29,885 nucleotides of DNA, taken from Theionarchaea archaeon (GTDB lineage Archaea > Methanobacteriota_B > Thermococci > Methanofastidiosales > SZ-28-30). The position numbers and the translations under genes were made by a program. Of this stretch, positions 7,043-17,203 are shown piece by piece. Numbering within the stretch: the first letter of the stretch is position 1; every line of letters begins with the position of its first letter. The notes under the pieces are model-generated. The model worked only from the letters and a program-made list of their open reading frames with translations. It did not search any database and was not told the origin of the DNA. The DNA lies in NCBI GenBank assembly GCA_018992685.1, contig JACVGT010000028.1:1-29885 (forward strand). The letters are read 5' to 3'.

Positions 7043-8365
7043 TCACATCTGAAAGCCCTTAGGAAGTCTAAGCTTCTTTCCTCTCTTTCCGAACTGCTTG
7101 AACAATTTCCTCATCATGTTATACTGATCCAGGAGTTCCTTGACCTCCTTGTTACTGGTGCCCGAGCCCCTCGATATCCTCTTTACGTTGGAGAAATGAA
7201 TCTTCTTGGGAGTTTCCAGCTCTTCTTTTGTCATTGAATCCATAATAACCTTGAATTTCTTAAGCCGCTCTTCAGACATCTCAATCATATCAGAGGGTAC
7301 ATTCATTCCAAGTCCAGGGATCATTTTCATGATCTGCTGGAGGGGGCCCATGGAAGACACCATTTCCAGCTGCTGATACATGTCTTTGAGGTTGAATTTC
7401 CCGGTCATGAATTTCATGGCATCCTTTTCGGTCACGTCGTGGTGTTCAGTAGCTTCCTTCACTCTGGAAAGCAGAGATTCTATGTCACCCAGCCCCAAGA
7501 GACGGGCAACATACCGCTTGGGATCGAATTCTTCTAAAGCATCAATCTTTTCTCCCTCTCCAATCATTTTAATGGGTGCTCCTGTGGCATGCACAGCAGA
7601 GAGTGCTCCACCACCCTTGGCAGACCCATCAAGCTTTGTGATGATAATCGACCCGATGTCCGTAGCCTGCATAAATGCTTCAGCCTGCTGGTAAGCCTGT
7701 TGACCGATCGTACCATCAATTACGAGAATAACCTCTTGAGGGCTAACAGCACGGGATATTCTTTTCATTTCCTCAATCAATCCTGTTTCCTCTTTGTGCC
7801 TTCCCGCAGTATCTACAATGATTAGATCCATTTTTCTATCAGAAAAGTATTTTACCCCTTCTTTGGCCATCTTAATAGCATCTTCTGCTTCGGGATCTCC
7901 GAATACCTCCACTGTCGAGAACTGTTTCAGCTGTTCAAATGCGCCCGGCCTGAAGGTATCAGTACACACAAGACCCACTTTAAATCCTCTCTTCTGAAAA
8001 AATCTGCCCAGTTTTCCGCAGGTCGTGGTCTTTCCAGAACCCTGAATCCCCACCATAAGGAGCTTCGTGGGATGTGCTGAAATTTGAATCTTCTCCTTCC
8101 TGTCTCCCAGAACGGTGGTAATCTCGTCATAGACAATCTTGGTTACATGCTCTGCCCTGGAAATTCCTGGAGGAAGTTTCTCCTTAAGAGCTCGCTCTTC
8201 AATTCGTTCGGTAAGCTCAAATACCAGTTTGACATTTACATCTGCCTGTAGAAGAGCTCTCTGAATATCCCTGCATATCTCTTTCACCAGTTCCTCATCC
8301 ACAACTCCACGGGTTAATTTTCTCAGAGCTGCATTAATGGCTTTTCCCAGATTATCGAGTGCCAT
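7043..8365 (-). CDS. srp54: Signal recognition particle protein SRP54
   Basis: [29 protein letters not shown], Met-rich M domain. Confidence 0.97.
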   Translation of the reverse strand: MALDNLGKAINAALRKLTRGVVDEELVKEICRDIQRALLQADVNVKLVFELTERIEERALKEKLPPGISRAEHVTKIVYDEITTVLGDRKEKIQISAHPTKLLMVGIQGSGKTTTCGKLGRFFQKRGFKVGLVCTDTFRPGAFEQLKQFSTVEVFGDPEAEDAIKMAKEGVKYFSDRKMDLIIVDTAGRHKEETGLIEEMKRISRAVSPQEVILVIDGTIGQQAYQQAEAFMQATDIGSIIITKLDGSAKGGGALSAVHATGAPIKMIGEGEKIDALEEFDPKRYVARLLGLGDIESLLSRVKEATEHHDVTEKDAMKFMTGKFNLKDMYQQLEMVSSMGPLQQIMKMIPGLGMNVPSDMIEMSEERLKKFKVIMDSMTKEELETPKKIHFSNVKRISRGSGTSNKEVKELLDQYNMMRKLFKQFGKRGKKLRLPKGFQM

Positions 8366-8577
8366 GCTCTTCTTTCCTTCTCACCCTTTAAAAACACTTG
8401 TATAGTGAGATCTTCTTTGAAGACAGATATCATCGTGCGGGGAAGAAACTGTGTTCTGGACTACCAGATTTACATGAAAGTGATAGCTGGAGATCATGTA
8501 TCAAGTTGTTCAGCAAAAATAGAACTAATATTCAAAATAATAGAAACATTTATAAAGGGGAGAGTGTGAGTGATGGC

Positions 8578-9450
8578 ATGGATGTGAACAGCTCAATGAA
8601 CAACCTGGGAAAGACGATAGCTGAGTCATGTGAAGATATCGCTCTTATACTGGGTGCTCTCGCTCATGAGAAACGACTGCATCTGGCTGTAGCACTCTTG
8701 GCAGGTCGGGGTACCTTTGAGGAATTGAGACAGGCAACAGGGCTTGGAAAGACAGCTCTGGCACACCACCTTGCGCTTATGGTAGGATCAGGTCTGGTAC
8801 TCCGAACTGGAAGAGGCCGTTACGAGTTGAGTAGTGATGGCAGAGACCTACTGAACATTGTGGGTAGAACGTATTCGGGCTCGAGACGGAGGAGAGAAGT
8901 AGAAGCGGCAAAACGAGCAAACTACATCCAGAGGATACACACCAAGGAGGTACATACCATGAAGAAACTCAATGTTGAGATAGTCACTCTTGAACCCATG
9001 CATGTGGCGAGCGTTCAAGTCATTAGTGAGACGCCTGAACACGACGCATGGAAGAAGATGCGGGCATGGGCAGAACCCAAGGGACTGCTTGAAGATATTG
9101 AGGAACATCCGGTATTCGGATTCAACAATCCTAACCCTTCTCCCGGGAAAAAGGAGTATGGCTACGAATTCTGGATACAGGTAGAACCTGATGTGAAGTC
9201 AGAGGGTGCAGTAAAGATCAAGAAGATCAATGGTGGGAAGTACGCTGTTACTACCTGCAACCTGAAAGAAGAACTGGAATCGGAGTTCTTCAAGGAGAAT
9301 GGGTACCTAGAGTCTTGGAAAAGGCTCGCAGAGTGGGTCGAAAATAGCAAGTATCGATATGGCAGTCACCAGTGCTTGGAAAAGGCACACGACCCGGATG
9401 CCTCTGACGAGAACCTGATTCTGGACCTGTACTGCCCCATCGAAGAGTAG
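8578..9450 (+). CDS. ArsR-type wHTH fused to a GyrI-like small-molecule-binding domain
   Basis: ALAHEKRLHLAVAL...FEELRQATGLGKTALAHHLALMVGSGLV (ArsR); C-terminal EIVTLEPMHVAS...GGKYAVTT...CLE...DLYCPIEE (GyrI-like); TATA TTTATAAA at 8549 is 29 nt before ATG 8578. Confidence 0.8.
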   Translation: MDVNSSMNNLGKTIAESCEDIALILGALAHEKRLHLAVALLAGRGTFEELRQATGLGKTALAHHLALMVGSGLVLRTGRGRYELSSDGRDLLNIVGRTYSGSRRRREVEAAKRANYIQRIHTKEVHTMKKLNVEIVTLEPMHVASVQVISETPEHDAWKKMRAWAEPKGLLEDIEEHPVFGFNNPNPSPGKKEYGYEFWIQVEPDVKSEGAVKIKKINGGKYAVTTCNLKEELESEFFKENGYLESWKRLAEWVENSKYRYGSHQCLEKAHDPDASDENLILDLYCPIEE

Positions 9451-9458
9451 ATAGTAGT

Positions 9459-9510
9459 ATTTTTTTCTCATTTTCTTTTTATTTTTCTTTTCTCACTTTT
9501 CTTTCTTATT
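9459..9510 (+). terminator. Oligo-T terminator region
   Basis: Multiple T-tracts right after the stop codon. Confidence 0.5.
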
Positions 9511-9583
9511 CATTAGAGAATCACCTCTACTAGAGCACTCTCCTAAACTCACCCTCACCAGGGTAAATCCTTTTCAATGAGAA

Positions 9584-10438
9584 ATGCGTGTCATGAGTAT
9601 GAAAATCACTCCTCTAGCCTTTGATTCCATGGGAGTGCGGAGCATGAGCTGTTTCATACAAGGAGATCGCAACATACTTGTCGATCCGGGGGTGAGTCTG
9701 GCACCCCATCGATCTGGACTACCTCCCCACCAACGGGAATTAGAACAGTTGGCAAAAAAGAGGAAGATAATAAATGAAAAAGGCGAAAAAGCTCATATTA
9801 TTATCATATCCCATTGGCATAATGACCGTCACACTCCTTTCACTACAGAGTTATACGGGTCAGTCACTCTGCAAATGGCCAGTAGACTCTATCAAGGGAA
9901 AAGCATCTTTGGAAAGAGTCTGTCTGGATTGAACTACATGCAGAAGAGAAGAGCTCTTTCCTTCCTTGATTACTGTTCTTTCACTCCCGCAGATGGGCTC
10001 TCCTTTTCCTATGGAGACATGAAAATCACATTTTCTCAGTCTGTTCCTCACGGAGCTGCTCACAGAATACCCGTTATCATGGTGGTTATAGAAGGGGAAA
10101 GAAAGATTCTTCATGCATCAGATACCCAAGGGATATCTGGAATCCAGTACATCCTGCAGGAATCTCCTGATCTTGTACTCATGAGCGGACCCCCTGTATA
10201 CCGTATGAGTTCTGAACAGATTCAAAGAGCCCAGTCAGATATTCTTGCCCTGGCAGATTGTACAGGAGAGATCATCCTGGATCACCATCACCTGAGAGAC
10301 CTCAAGTACAGAGAGCAACTTCCTGAAGTATGGAAGAATACTAAGGTGAAGACTGCGGCAGAATACCTGGGGCATCCCAACCTCCTTCTGGAAGCCAGAA
10401 GAAGAGAGTTATTCAGGGAGCAATGTCCACATCTATGA
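9584..10438 (+). CDS. Metallo-beta-lactamase-fold protein (UPF0282-like)
   Basis: DSMGVRSM, DPGVSLAP..GLPPH, SHWHNDRH, HASDTQG, ILDHHHLRD, TAAEYLG; start may be 9593 or 9599. Confidence 0.8.
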   Translation: MRVMSMKITPLAFDSMGVRSMSCFIQGDRNILVDPGVSLAPHRSGLPPHQRELEQLAKKRKIINEKGEKAHIIIISHWHNDRHTPFTTELYGSVTLQMASRLYQGKSIFGKSLSGLNYMQKRRALSFLDYCSFTPADGLSFSYGDMKITFSQSVPHGAAHRIPVIMVVIEGERKILHASDTQGISGIQYILQESPDLVLMSGPPVYRMSSEQIQRAQSDILALADCTGEIILDHHHLRDLKYREQLPEVWKNTKVKTAAEYLGHPNLLLEARRRELFREQCPHL

Positions 10439-10450
10439 CCTGAATGGAGA

Positions 10451-12025
10451 CTATATCGCTTTCATGATCATTTCTGAAACTCGTTGGGGGCCCACCCCAC
10501 TTATCAGAGTTCCTGCTCGTGGTCCTCGATCTGTTCCAATGACAACTCTGTACAGCACCTGAAAGAATCTCCCTGGTTTCACCTGATGTTCCTGGGCAGT
10601 GAGAAAGATCAGCTCCTGGATTTGTTCACCATCTGTGTACTCAGGTAGCTTCTCAGCCAGTCTCCTGAGAGCACTCCTTTCAGGTTCACTGAGAGAGACC
10701 TCTTCCTCTTCAGCTTCTTCTGCCTCCTCCACCCAGTTTGTGGCATACTCGATCTTCTGACACAATTCTTCGTCTGAAAACTCCTCATCAATCAATCCGG
10801 AACGCATCAGAATATCCTTGAAGAGCGCGAACCTGTTCTCCACAGTCTTGGGCAGCATCCGTGCCAACTGAACCAGGGTGTAGTAGTTTATGAGAAGCCC
10901 CATGTGATCGGGAGGGTGTAAGAAAGTTACATACTCATACAATCGGCGGACATGCTGTTCTTCTCTCTCGTTCGTAATCTTCTCTTTCCCGAAGAAAATC
11001 TTCTTCAGAGAATCCACCTCATTCATGAACTTGGGGATTTCTTCCACATCCACCACACGGGTAGTCCCCAGTCTTTTCAACATGAGAAGACGGAGGCTTT
11101 CTGGTGAACCATACGAAAGCCACACCTGTGGGGTAAACACATTACCCTTGCTCTTTGAAATGCGGCCTCCTCCTCGCTCGATAAATAACTCATAAAAAGC
11201 GTGTACAGGATGACGTATGTGAAAGATTTCCTTGGCTATGTGGTCATTCACTCGAACAGAATCCAAAATATCCTTGCCAAAGGCCTCAAAACTGATGTCC
11301 AGCGCCTTCCAGCGGGCGGCAAATTCTACTTTCCATGTGAGCTTTCCATCCCGAATGGACGCTTCTCCCCGGTGACCGCATCCAGAAACTGTCAGTTCCT
11401 TCCCTGTCTTTGAATCCGCCCCCTTGAATTCCTGGTCACATACATACAGTATTTTCTTTTTCTCCGGAATCCACTCATACGCCCGGGTGGTATAAATCTT
11501 GCCACATTCTGAACAGATGACATTGAAAGGCAGCTGCTCAAGATACTTTTTTTGCCCTGTCATCTCGAAAATGATTTGTCCTGCCTCTTTCCAGTTGTTC
11601 AAGGCCTCCACAACGACATCATCCAAAGTCCCATCCTCATATGCCATGGTTCCGCTCTGAAAGACGAACCTGACACCTACCTTGTCCAATGCATCAAGAA
11701 GCAGGGACGACATGTGTTCCCCATAGCTCGTATGACATTCAAAGGGATCTGGAATCGTGGACACGGGGCGACCAATGTGTTCCTCCAGGAAAGCAGGAAA
11801 TCCCCGGGGCACCTTCCTCAGTCCGTCCCTGTCGTCCGAGAAGGCTACAAACTCACTGGGAACTCCCCTATCCTCTAGGGCAAGAGTAACAGCGTAGGCT
11901 CTGATCCCGTCGCCCACAGAACCCACGTGAGGAATACCTGATGCACCTAATCCGCATTCTGTTCTGTACAGTTTCTTTTCTCTTCTGATTATCTTTTCTG
12001 CAGTCTTGTCTGCCCAGAATATCAC
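10451..12025 (-). CDS. lysS: Lysine--tRNA ligase, class I
   Basis: MIFWAD, SGIPHVG (HIGH-like), CSECGK, FEAFGKD, RISKSKGN (KMSKS-like), GPRAG. Confidence 0.95.
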   Translation of the reverse strand: MIFWADKTAEKIIRREKKLYRTECGLGASGIPHVGSVGDGIRAYAVTLALEDRGVPSEFVAFSDDRDGLRKVPRGFPAFLEEHIGRPVSTIPDPFECHTSYGEHMSSLLLDALDKVGVRFVFQSGTMAYEDGTLDDVVVEALNNWKEAGQIIFEMTGQKKYLEQLPFNVICSECGKIYTTRAYEWIPEKKKILYVCDQEFKGADSKTGKELTVSGCGHRGEASIRDGKLTWKVEFAARWKALDISFEAFGKDILDSVRVNDHIAKEIFHIRHPVHAFYELFIERGGGRISKSKGNVFTPQVWLSYGSPESLRLLMLKRLGTTRVVDVEEIPKFMNEVDSLKKIFFGKEKITNEREEQHVRRLYEYVTFLHPPDHMGLLINYYTLVQLARMLPKTVENRFALFKDILMRSGLIDEEFSDEELCQKIEYATNWVEEAEEAEEEEVSLSEPERSALRRLAEKLPEYTDGEQIQELIFLTAQEHQVKPGRFFQVLYRVVIGTDRGPRAGTLISGVGPQRVSEMIMKAI

Positions 12026-12172
12026 GCGATCACCTGAGTGACTTTCCTTTCATGGTTTATAAGGTTTTAGTAGTCAATAGGTGGTAGTTACAGGTCACCA
12101 GACAATCCCAGATAAGCTCGCACATCGCATCCTGTTCAGACTGCCCTCTTCCAGAGATCTTTGTAATTCAAT

Positions 12173-15100
12173 CTACTTCGGCAGGGTGAAGTGAAAGGTA
12201 CTTCCCAATCCGAATACACTCTCAACCCAGATGTTCCCCCCATGTTGTTCTACAATATTCTTGGCTATGAACAGGCCCAACCCAGTTCTCTCTTCCACGC
12301 GTTTGTATTCGCTCTCTGAAGGAACAATGACAAATGGCTGGAAGATCTTCTCCTGGTCCTCCTGTTTGATACCAATTCCTTCATCCATGATAGCGACTTC
12401 AACGCTGTCTTCATGATCGTAGATCTTTGCTGTTATTCTGGATTCTTCGGGAGAGTACTTTATGGCATTCTCCAGCAGTGCTGCCACCACTTTCCACATG
12501 GCTGTCTTATCTGCCTCCACCGGAGAGAGTTTGTACGGTCCTCGAACTTCAATCTTTTGCTTCCTGAGCTCCCATGAGGGGCGAAGTTGACTGATGACAT
12601 CCTGAATCAGCTCACTGAGAGATATCATCTCCATTTCCAGGTCTTTCTTCCCCTTCCTGGAGGATAGAAGCGTATTGTCAATTATTTCTCCTAGTCTGTT
12701 TGAGCTGGCCTGAATCAAATTGATTTTCTCCTCCAATTCGGGGGCAAGGTGTCCATAACGGCCCATCTTTATCATTTCCAGGTATAATTTGATGGAAGTG
12801 AGAGGTGTTTTCAGTTCATGGGAAGCAATGTCAATGAAGTCTGATTTCACCTGGTTTGCTTCCCTCAACTGCTCATACAACCGAGCCTTGTGAATGGCCA
12901 GTACTGCCTGGTCCAAGAATCCGCTGATAGCATTGATATCTGCCTGTTCCAGCTTCTTCTTGCTTCCAACCACAAGCATACCCACAGGTTCCTCCTCGGC
13001 AGTCAACGGAAAGGCAGCGACCCAGTTCACATTCCCCATTCTGTACAAGACTCCCGCCAGTTTACGCAGGGACTCCTTGTCCGTGTAGTCCTTCAGGAAT
13101 GCAGTGATGTCGCTGGTGATCAGAGGGCACTTCTCGTCTATAACCTTTTTCAGCTGACTCCCCTCAAACAAGGGGATCTTGTATTTTTCCGGGCTGAATC
13201 CCACCAGCTTCGTAATTCCATCCAGCAGCCTGTGACTGATGTCTATTTCCTTCACCAGAAGATACCTCTTATCTTCACTGAGCAGGTAGACAGAAGGTGT
13301 GGTATACCCAAAGACTGAACTCATTCCCTTTACCAAAATCCTGAAAATCTCTCCCAGATCCATGGTGGAGTTTAGCGCATTATTGATCTCCTGCAACAGG
13401 CTGAGCTGTTCATTGGTCATCTTTAGCTCCTGTGACTTTCTCTCCAGTGCTTCGGAGTAGTTGAGCCTCTCCAGGGCATCTCCCGCCATTTGCCCCACTG
13501 TTTTCAGAATAACGAACTCATGATGTGTCAGAATGCGAGGACTTGCCACAACGAAAGCTCCTCTGCATTTTTTTGCCACGTACATAGGAATGCAGAAGGC
13601 TGACTGTAGAACAGCCAGGTCTTCCACCTGGTTGTACCTGGGGTCTCCCAGCCACAATTCCATGAACTCCTCCATGGTCAGGGGATGAACCTCCTTCTCG
13701 TCCTGCAACAGAACATTCTGTGTGATTAACGCAATGTTCTCTCGGACACCTTCTCTGTAGACTGCCCTTTCTGCAATACTGATCCTATCAAGCTGAGGTT
13801 TGGTTCCCGTGAGCTGCTCCATTCTCTTCTCGACCTTCTTCACCAGATTGTCCGGTTCAGTGTACACCAGTCGTGCTGAGGTGTCCTCATCCCGGCTGAT
13901 CACTGCGAGATACTCGTGGCCCAGCTGAAACAGGTGCTCTCCCACCAGGTCCATCACTTCTTTTTCAGTCTGGGTTGTATACAGCTTTTCTGCCAGCTCT
14001 CGCAAGGTGGTTTGTTCTTTCAGATGGGACTGCAGCTCTATTGAAGTTCTCTGGATAATGTCATCAAGGTGGGCATGATGAAAAGCCATCGCCAGGTGCC
14101 CGGAAATAGATTCCATCCTGTGGAAGTCGTCCTGTCCCAGAACGAGTCGGGATCCCACAATCATCACACCAAAGACTTCATTCTCTACAGTCAGGGGAAG
14201 AACGACTGCTGACCTCATCAGAGTCTTCTCGAGAATGCTGGTTGCTGCACCCTGGGCAAGAGCTCCTCCAAATATCTGACCAAGAGATTCTTCTTGCACC
14301 AGATAGCTCCTTTTCTTCTCTGCCGCCTTCCCAATGAGACTTCCCCTGTCCAGGTTGAACACGATCTCCTGAGGTTCTTCTTCCAGATCGAGTATGTGAC
14401 GGATTGCAGGAGAAGCAGCGAAACAAGGCAATCTGACTCTCTCATCCTCTTCGAGGAACACGATAGCTGCAATATCAGAATCAAAAATCTTTTGAACTTC
14501 CTGGACTGCCAGGTTCAGAATCGTGCTGAGATCTTGCCCAGTATTCAATGCATGGTTTATCCTTGACAGGAGCCTGAGATCTTCATTCCTCTTCTTTATT
14601 TCTGTTTCCTTCTCCTTTATCACGGTCAGATCCATGAATACTGATATGACACCCGTGAAGGTATCATGGTCAAACAGGGGCGTGGCTCCTACCATGACCG
14701 GTGTAATCTTGCCACTCTTAGCAATAAGGGCTGCTTCATACTGGCCGCTGGCGCCCTTCTTTCTTCTGGAACTTTCCGCCTTCACTTTCTCAAGATAGTC
14801 GGGAGCTACAAATTCTCTCCAATGATGACCGATGATTTCCTCTCTCGGGGCTTCCAGCAGGTTCTCCACTGTGGAATTGACATACGTGATAATGCCCTTA
14901 TCATTTTCAATGAACAGAGCATCATGCAGGGATTGGATGATGTTCTCACTGAACTCCTTCAGGACTCGTATTTCCTCTTCAGCTTTTTTCTGGGCAGTCT
15001 GATCCGTGAAAACAGTGAGGTTTCCTGTATATGTCCCGTTTTCAAAGAGAGGAGTAGCACTGACAATGACCGGTATTGTAGACCCATCTTTGCGCACCAC

Positions 15101-15889
15101 ACCTGCTTCGTACTGGCTCTTTACCCCCTGGGGTCTCTTCCTGGTTTCCGCTTCCACCAAAGAGAGACTCTGGGGACTGACAATGCAGGAATAATGCTTA
15201 CCAAGGATCTCGTCTGCAGAATAACCCAGCATTTCAAGGATTTTTGGATTGACGAACATGATTTCTCCTTGAGTGTTCTCCATGAGAATACCTTCTTGCA
15301 CTTCCCGCACGATTCTCTCCGAAAAATCTTTCTGCTCCTCGATTTCTCTCATTCGGCTTCTTATGTGAATAAAAGACTCTACGACATTCCTGAAAATGGA
15401 AAAAAGCGGAATTTCCTTTTCTGTGACGTCATCTCGGCCCAGAATCAGGACAGAACGGTGATCCGGCAGGGGGATTACGGCCCCTCCATTGGGAATGTAC
15501 TCGGTGCAAAGGTCAGGGGGCACTCCCAATCCACGAGCCAGGTGCCTAAAATCACACGGAACCACGGCGCCGTCTTCGGGTAATTCTCTCTGGAAAAGGG
15601 TATCTCGTGTCAGTTTTTTACCTCTAGAAGCGGTTTCCATGATTTCTGTTCCCTTTTCTGCTGGCAATGACGGAAAATGAATAGCCACAAGTCTCAAATT
15701 CTTGCTGGGAAGATCATCCCGCAGGAAAACACTGTGAAATCCTGCTTTCCCCAGCTCCTCAGAAAGGATAAGATGAATGTCTCTGGCATCTACCGTTCTC
15801 TCAAATGCTGCCAGTGCAGCACTCAGAGAAGAAAGCACATGCTTTCTCCGCTCACTTCCTGAATTCTCAGAGCTCGTCACGGTCACCAT
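12173..15889 (-). CDS. Cytoplasmic PAS-PAS-GAF-GAF-GAF sensor histidine kinase
   Basis: Two PAS repeats (GEIMFVNPK, GIITYVNST), three GAF-like segments, H-box SHELKTPLTSI, N-box LLENAIKYS, DEGIGI, GLGLFIAKNIV; SD AAGGAG. Confidence 0.9.
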   Translation of the reverse strand: MVTVTSSENSGSERRKHVLSSLSAALAAFERTVDARDIHLILSEELGKAGFHSVFLRDDLPSKNLRLVAIHFPSLPAEKGTEIMETASRGKKLTRDTLFQRELPEDGAVVPCDFRHLARGLGVPPDLCTEYIPNGGAVIPLPDHRSVLILGRDDVTEKEIPLFSIFRNVVESFIHIRSRMREIEEQKDFSERIVREVQEGILMENTQGEIMFVNPKILEMLGYSADEILGKHYSCIVSPQSLSLVEAETRKRPQGVKSQYEAGVVRKDGSTIPVIVSATPLFENGTYTGNLTVFTDQTAQKKAEEEIRVLKEFSENIIQSLHDALFIENDKGIITYVNSTVENLLEAPREEIIGHHWREFVAPDYLEKVKAESSRRKKGASGQYEAALIAKSGKITPVMVGATPLFDHDTFTGVISVFMDLTVIKEKETEIKKRNEDLRLLSRINHALNTGQDLSTILNLAVQEVQKIFDSDIAAIVFLEEDERVRLPCFAASPAIRHILDLEEEPQEIVFNLDRGSLIGKAAEKKRSYLVQEESLGQIFGGALAQGAATSILEKTLMRSAVVLPLTVENEVFGVMIVGSRLVLGQDDFHRMESISGHLAMAFHHAHLDDIIQRTSIELQSHLKEQTTLRELAEKLYTTQTEKEVMDLVGEHLFQLGHEYLAVISRDEDTSARLVYTEPDNLVKKVEKRMEQLTGTKPQLDRISIAERAVYREGVRENIALITQNVLLQDEKEVHPLTMEEFMELWLGDPRYNQVEDLAVLQSAFCIPMYVAKKCRGAFVVASPRILTHHEFVILKTVGQMAGDALERLNYSEALERKSQELKMTNEQLSLLQEINNALNSTMDLGEIFRILVKGMSSVFGYTTPSVYLLSEDKRYLLVKEIDISHRLLDGITKLVGFSPEKYKIPLFEGSQLKKVIDEKCPLITSDITAFLKDYTDKESLRKLAGVLYRMGNVNWVAAFPLTAEEEPVGMLVVGSKKKLEQADINAISGFLDQAVLAIHKARLYEQLREANQVKSDFIDIASHELKTPLTSIKLYLEMIKMGRYGHLAPELEEKINLIQASSNRLGEIIDNTLLSSRKGKKDLEMEMISLSELIQDVISQLRPSWELRKQKIEVRGPYKLSPVEADKTAMWKVVAALLENAIKYSPEESRITAKIYDHEDSVEVAIMDEGIGIKQEDQEKIFQPFVIVPSESEYKRVEERTGLGLFIAKNIVEQHGGNIWVESVFGLGSTFHFTLPK

Positions 15890-15980
15890 CCTCTCCTTAC
15901 CCTACAGACTTGTGCCCCTTAATATACCTTTTGTTGACACATGCCCTCTAATAGCTGCTTGCTCCATCAAGAAAAACGGG

Positions 15981-16196
15981 CTATTGCTTTCTGTAGAGAG
16001 TCGAAGCTTGATCTCCATCTCTTTTCAATACTTTGAGATAGGGTCTCTCAACAGGACCAAAAACATCCACCACGATTCCTACTGGCTTTTTCTTCTCCGA
16101 ATACACTGTCTGCCCCAGCAACAATTTGGCTTTCTTCTTAGTCCTGCAGACCAAGAATCGATTGAACCGAGAGATTACTTTTCCAATTTCTTCCAT
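15981..16196 (-). CDS. gar1: H/ACA RNP protein Gar1
   Basis: 71 aa with GIVVDVFGPVERPY signature. Confidence 0.85.
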   Translation of the reverse strand: MEEIGKVISRFNRFLVCRTKKKAKLLLGQTVYSEKKKPVGIVVDVFGPVERPYLKVLKRDGDQASTLYRKQ

Positions 16197-16301
16197 GCTA
16201 TCAACTCTGGCAACCTATGGAAAGATGCCATCCCTTCCCACCACCACTTATAAGTTCTTCTGTTTACCGGTTGTAGTGAGCATCTTCACAATCTTGGAAC
16301 A

Positions 16302-16406
16302 TCATCTGCGCTCCAACTCGCCCCCACATACGGGACACGCTTCGTAGCAATCTGGACAGAGATGTGCCACATTCACGGTGTATTCGCACTCTGAACACTG
16401 ATACAT
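16302..16406 (-). CDS. 34-aa Cys-rich small metal-binding protein MYQCSECEYTVNVAHLCPDCYEACPVCGGELERR (not in ORF track)
   Basis: Three CxxC motifs including CPVCGG; purine-rich GGATGTGA upstream of the ATG. Confidence 0.7.
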   Translation of the reverse strand: MYQCSECEYTVNVAHLCPDCYEACPVCGGELERR

Positions 16407-16579
16407 GATATCACATCCTGAACTTCTTCTCCCCTGTTATAGGACTTTGCCGAGAGCACGGGAAAAATAGGAAGTCATGAAGCGGGGACCGTTTTCATCT
16501 CATCAGAAGGATTATTCGCCCCGTATGGACACTTCTCCGATAACCCACACCTTCTTATATCTCCTTTCAAATGAGGGAC

Positions 16580-17203
16580 ATGGATATACGAACACAGGTT
16601 CTGACTATCGCGAAACGAATCTACTCAAACAGGCTGGTTATCGCTTCATTAGGAAATGTCTCCTGTCGAGATGCATCTGGAACGATCGCAATAACACCCA
16701 GTGGTATAGATTATGAAGAGCTCTCCATACAAGATATCGTGACCGTTGATCTCCAGGGTACTCCAATGCACCAGGGTTGCACTCCTTCATCAGAAACTCC
16801 CATGCATACACTGATTTACAGGAAGAGACCTGACATTTCTGGGATTGTACATACCCATTCGCTTTCAGCCAGTGCATTTTCTGTGGTCAATCAGGAAATT
16901 CCTGTAGAAATGGTGGAAGTAGCGGCTCACGTGGGAGGATCCATTCCTGTTGCTCCGTACAGACCACCAGGAACTAAAGAGTTGGGAGAAGCAGCTCTGG
17001 ACGTGCTGAAAGACCGGAGAGCATGTCTGCTACAGAACCATGGTGTTCTGGCGGTGGGTACCACTCTGGAAAAGGCGTACAAAGCAGCAGCCATCACCGA
17101 GATTGCTGCTCGCATTCACATACTTGCTTCTGTATTGGGAACCCCAGGAGAACTGCCAGAGCATGAAGTGAAAAAAGTGAGGGATCTCTACTTCACACTA
17201 TGA
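16580..17203 (+). CDS. Class II aldolase/adducin family protein (FucA-like)
   Basis: GNVSCR, ITPSG, PSSETPMH, HTHS, QNHG metal motifs; alternative start 16571. Confidence 0.9.
   Translation: MDIRTQVLTIAKRIYSNRLVIASLGNVSCRDASGTIAITPSGIDYEELSIQDIVTVDLQGTPMHQGCTPSSETPMHTLIYRKRPDISGIVHTHSLSASAFSVVNQEIPVEMVEVAAHVGGSIPVAPYRPPGTKELGEAALDVLKDRRACLLQNHGVLAVGTTLEKAYKAAAITEIAARIHILASVLGTPGELPEHEVKKVRDLYFTL

Noticed and set aside
8398-8577. N-terminal extensions in the ORF track for ArsR-GyrI (also for hjc, rimI and sepF)
   Set aside because: The extensions run through promoters or neighbouring genes; downstream ATGs fit TATA/SD positions and family N-termini better
14666-15583. 305-aa + strand ORF
   Set aside because: Antisense shadow of the histidine kinase PAS region with no recognisable motifs
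16248-16304. Possible selenocysteine read-through of the TGA ending the 34-aa Cys-rich ORF (TGA-TGT)
   Set aside because: No SECIS-like element is recognisable and the extension runs into the gar1 TATA box
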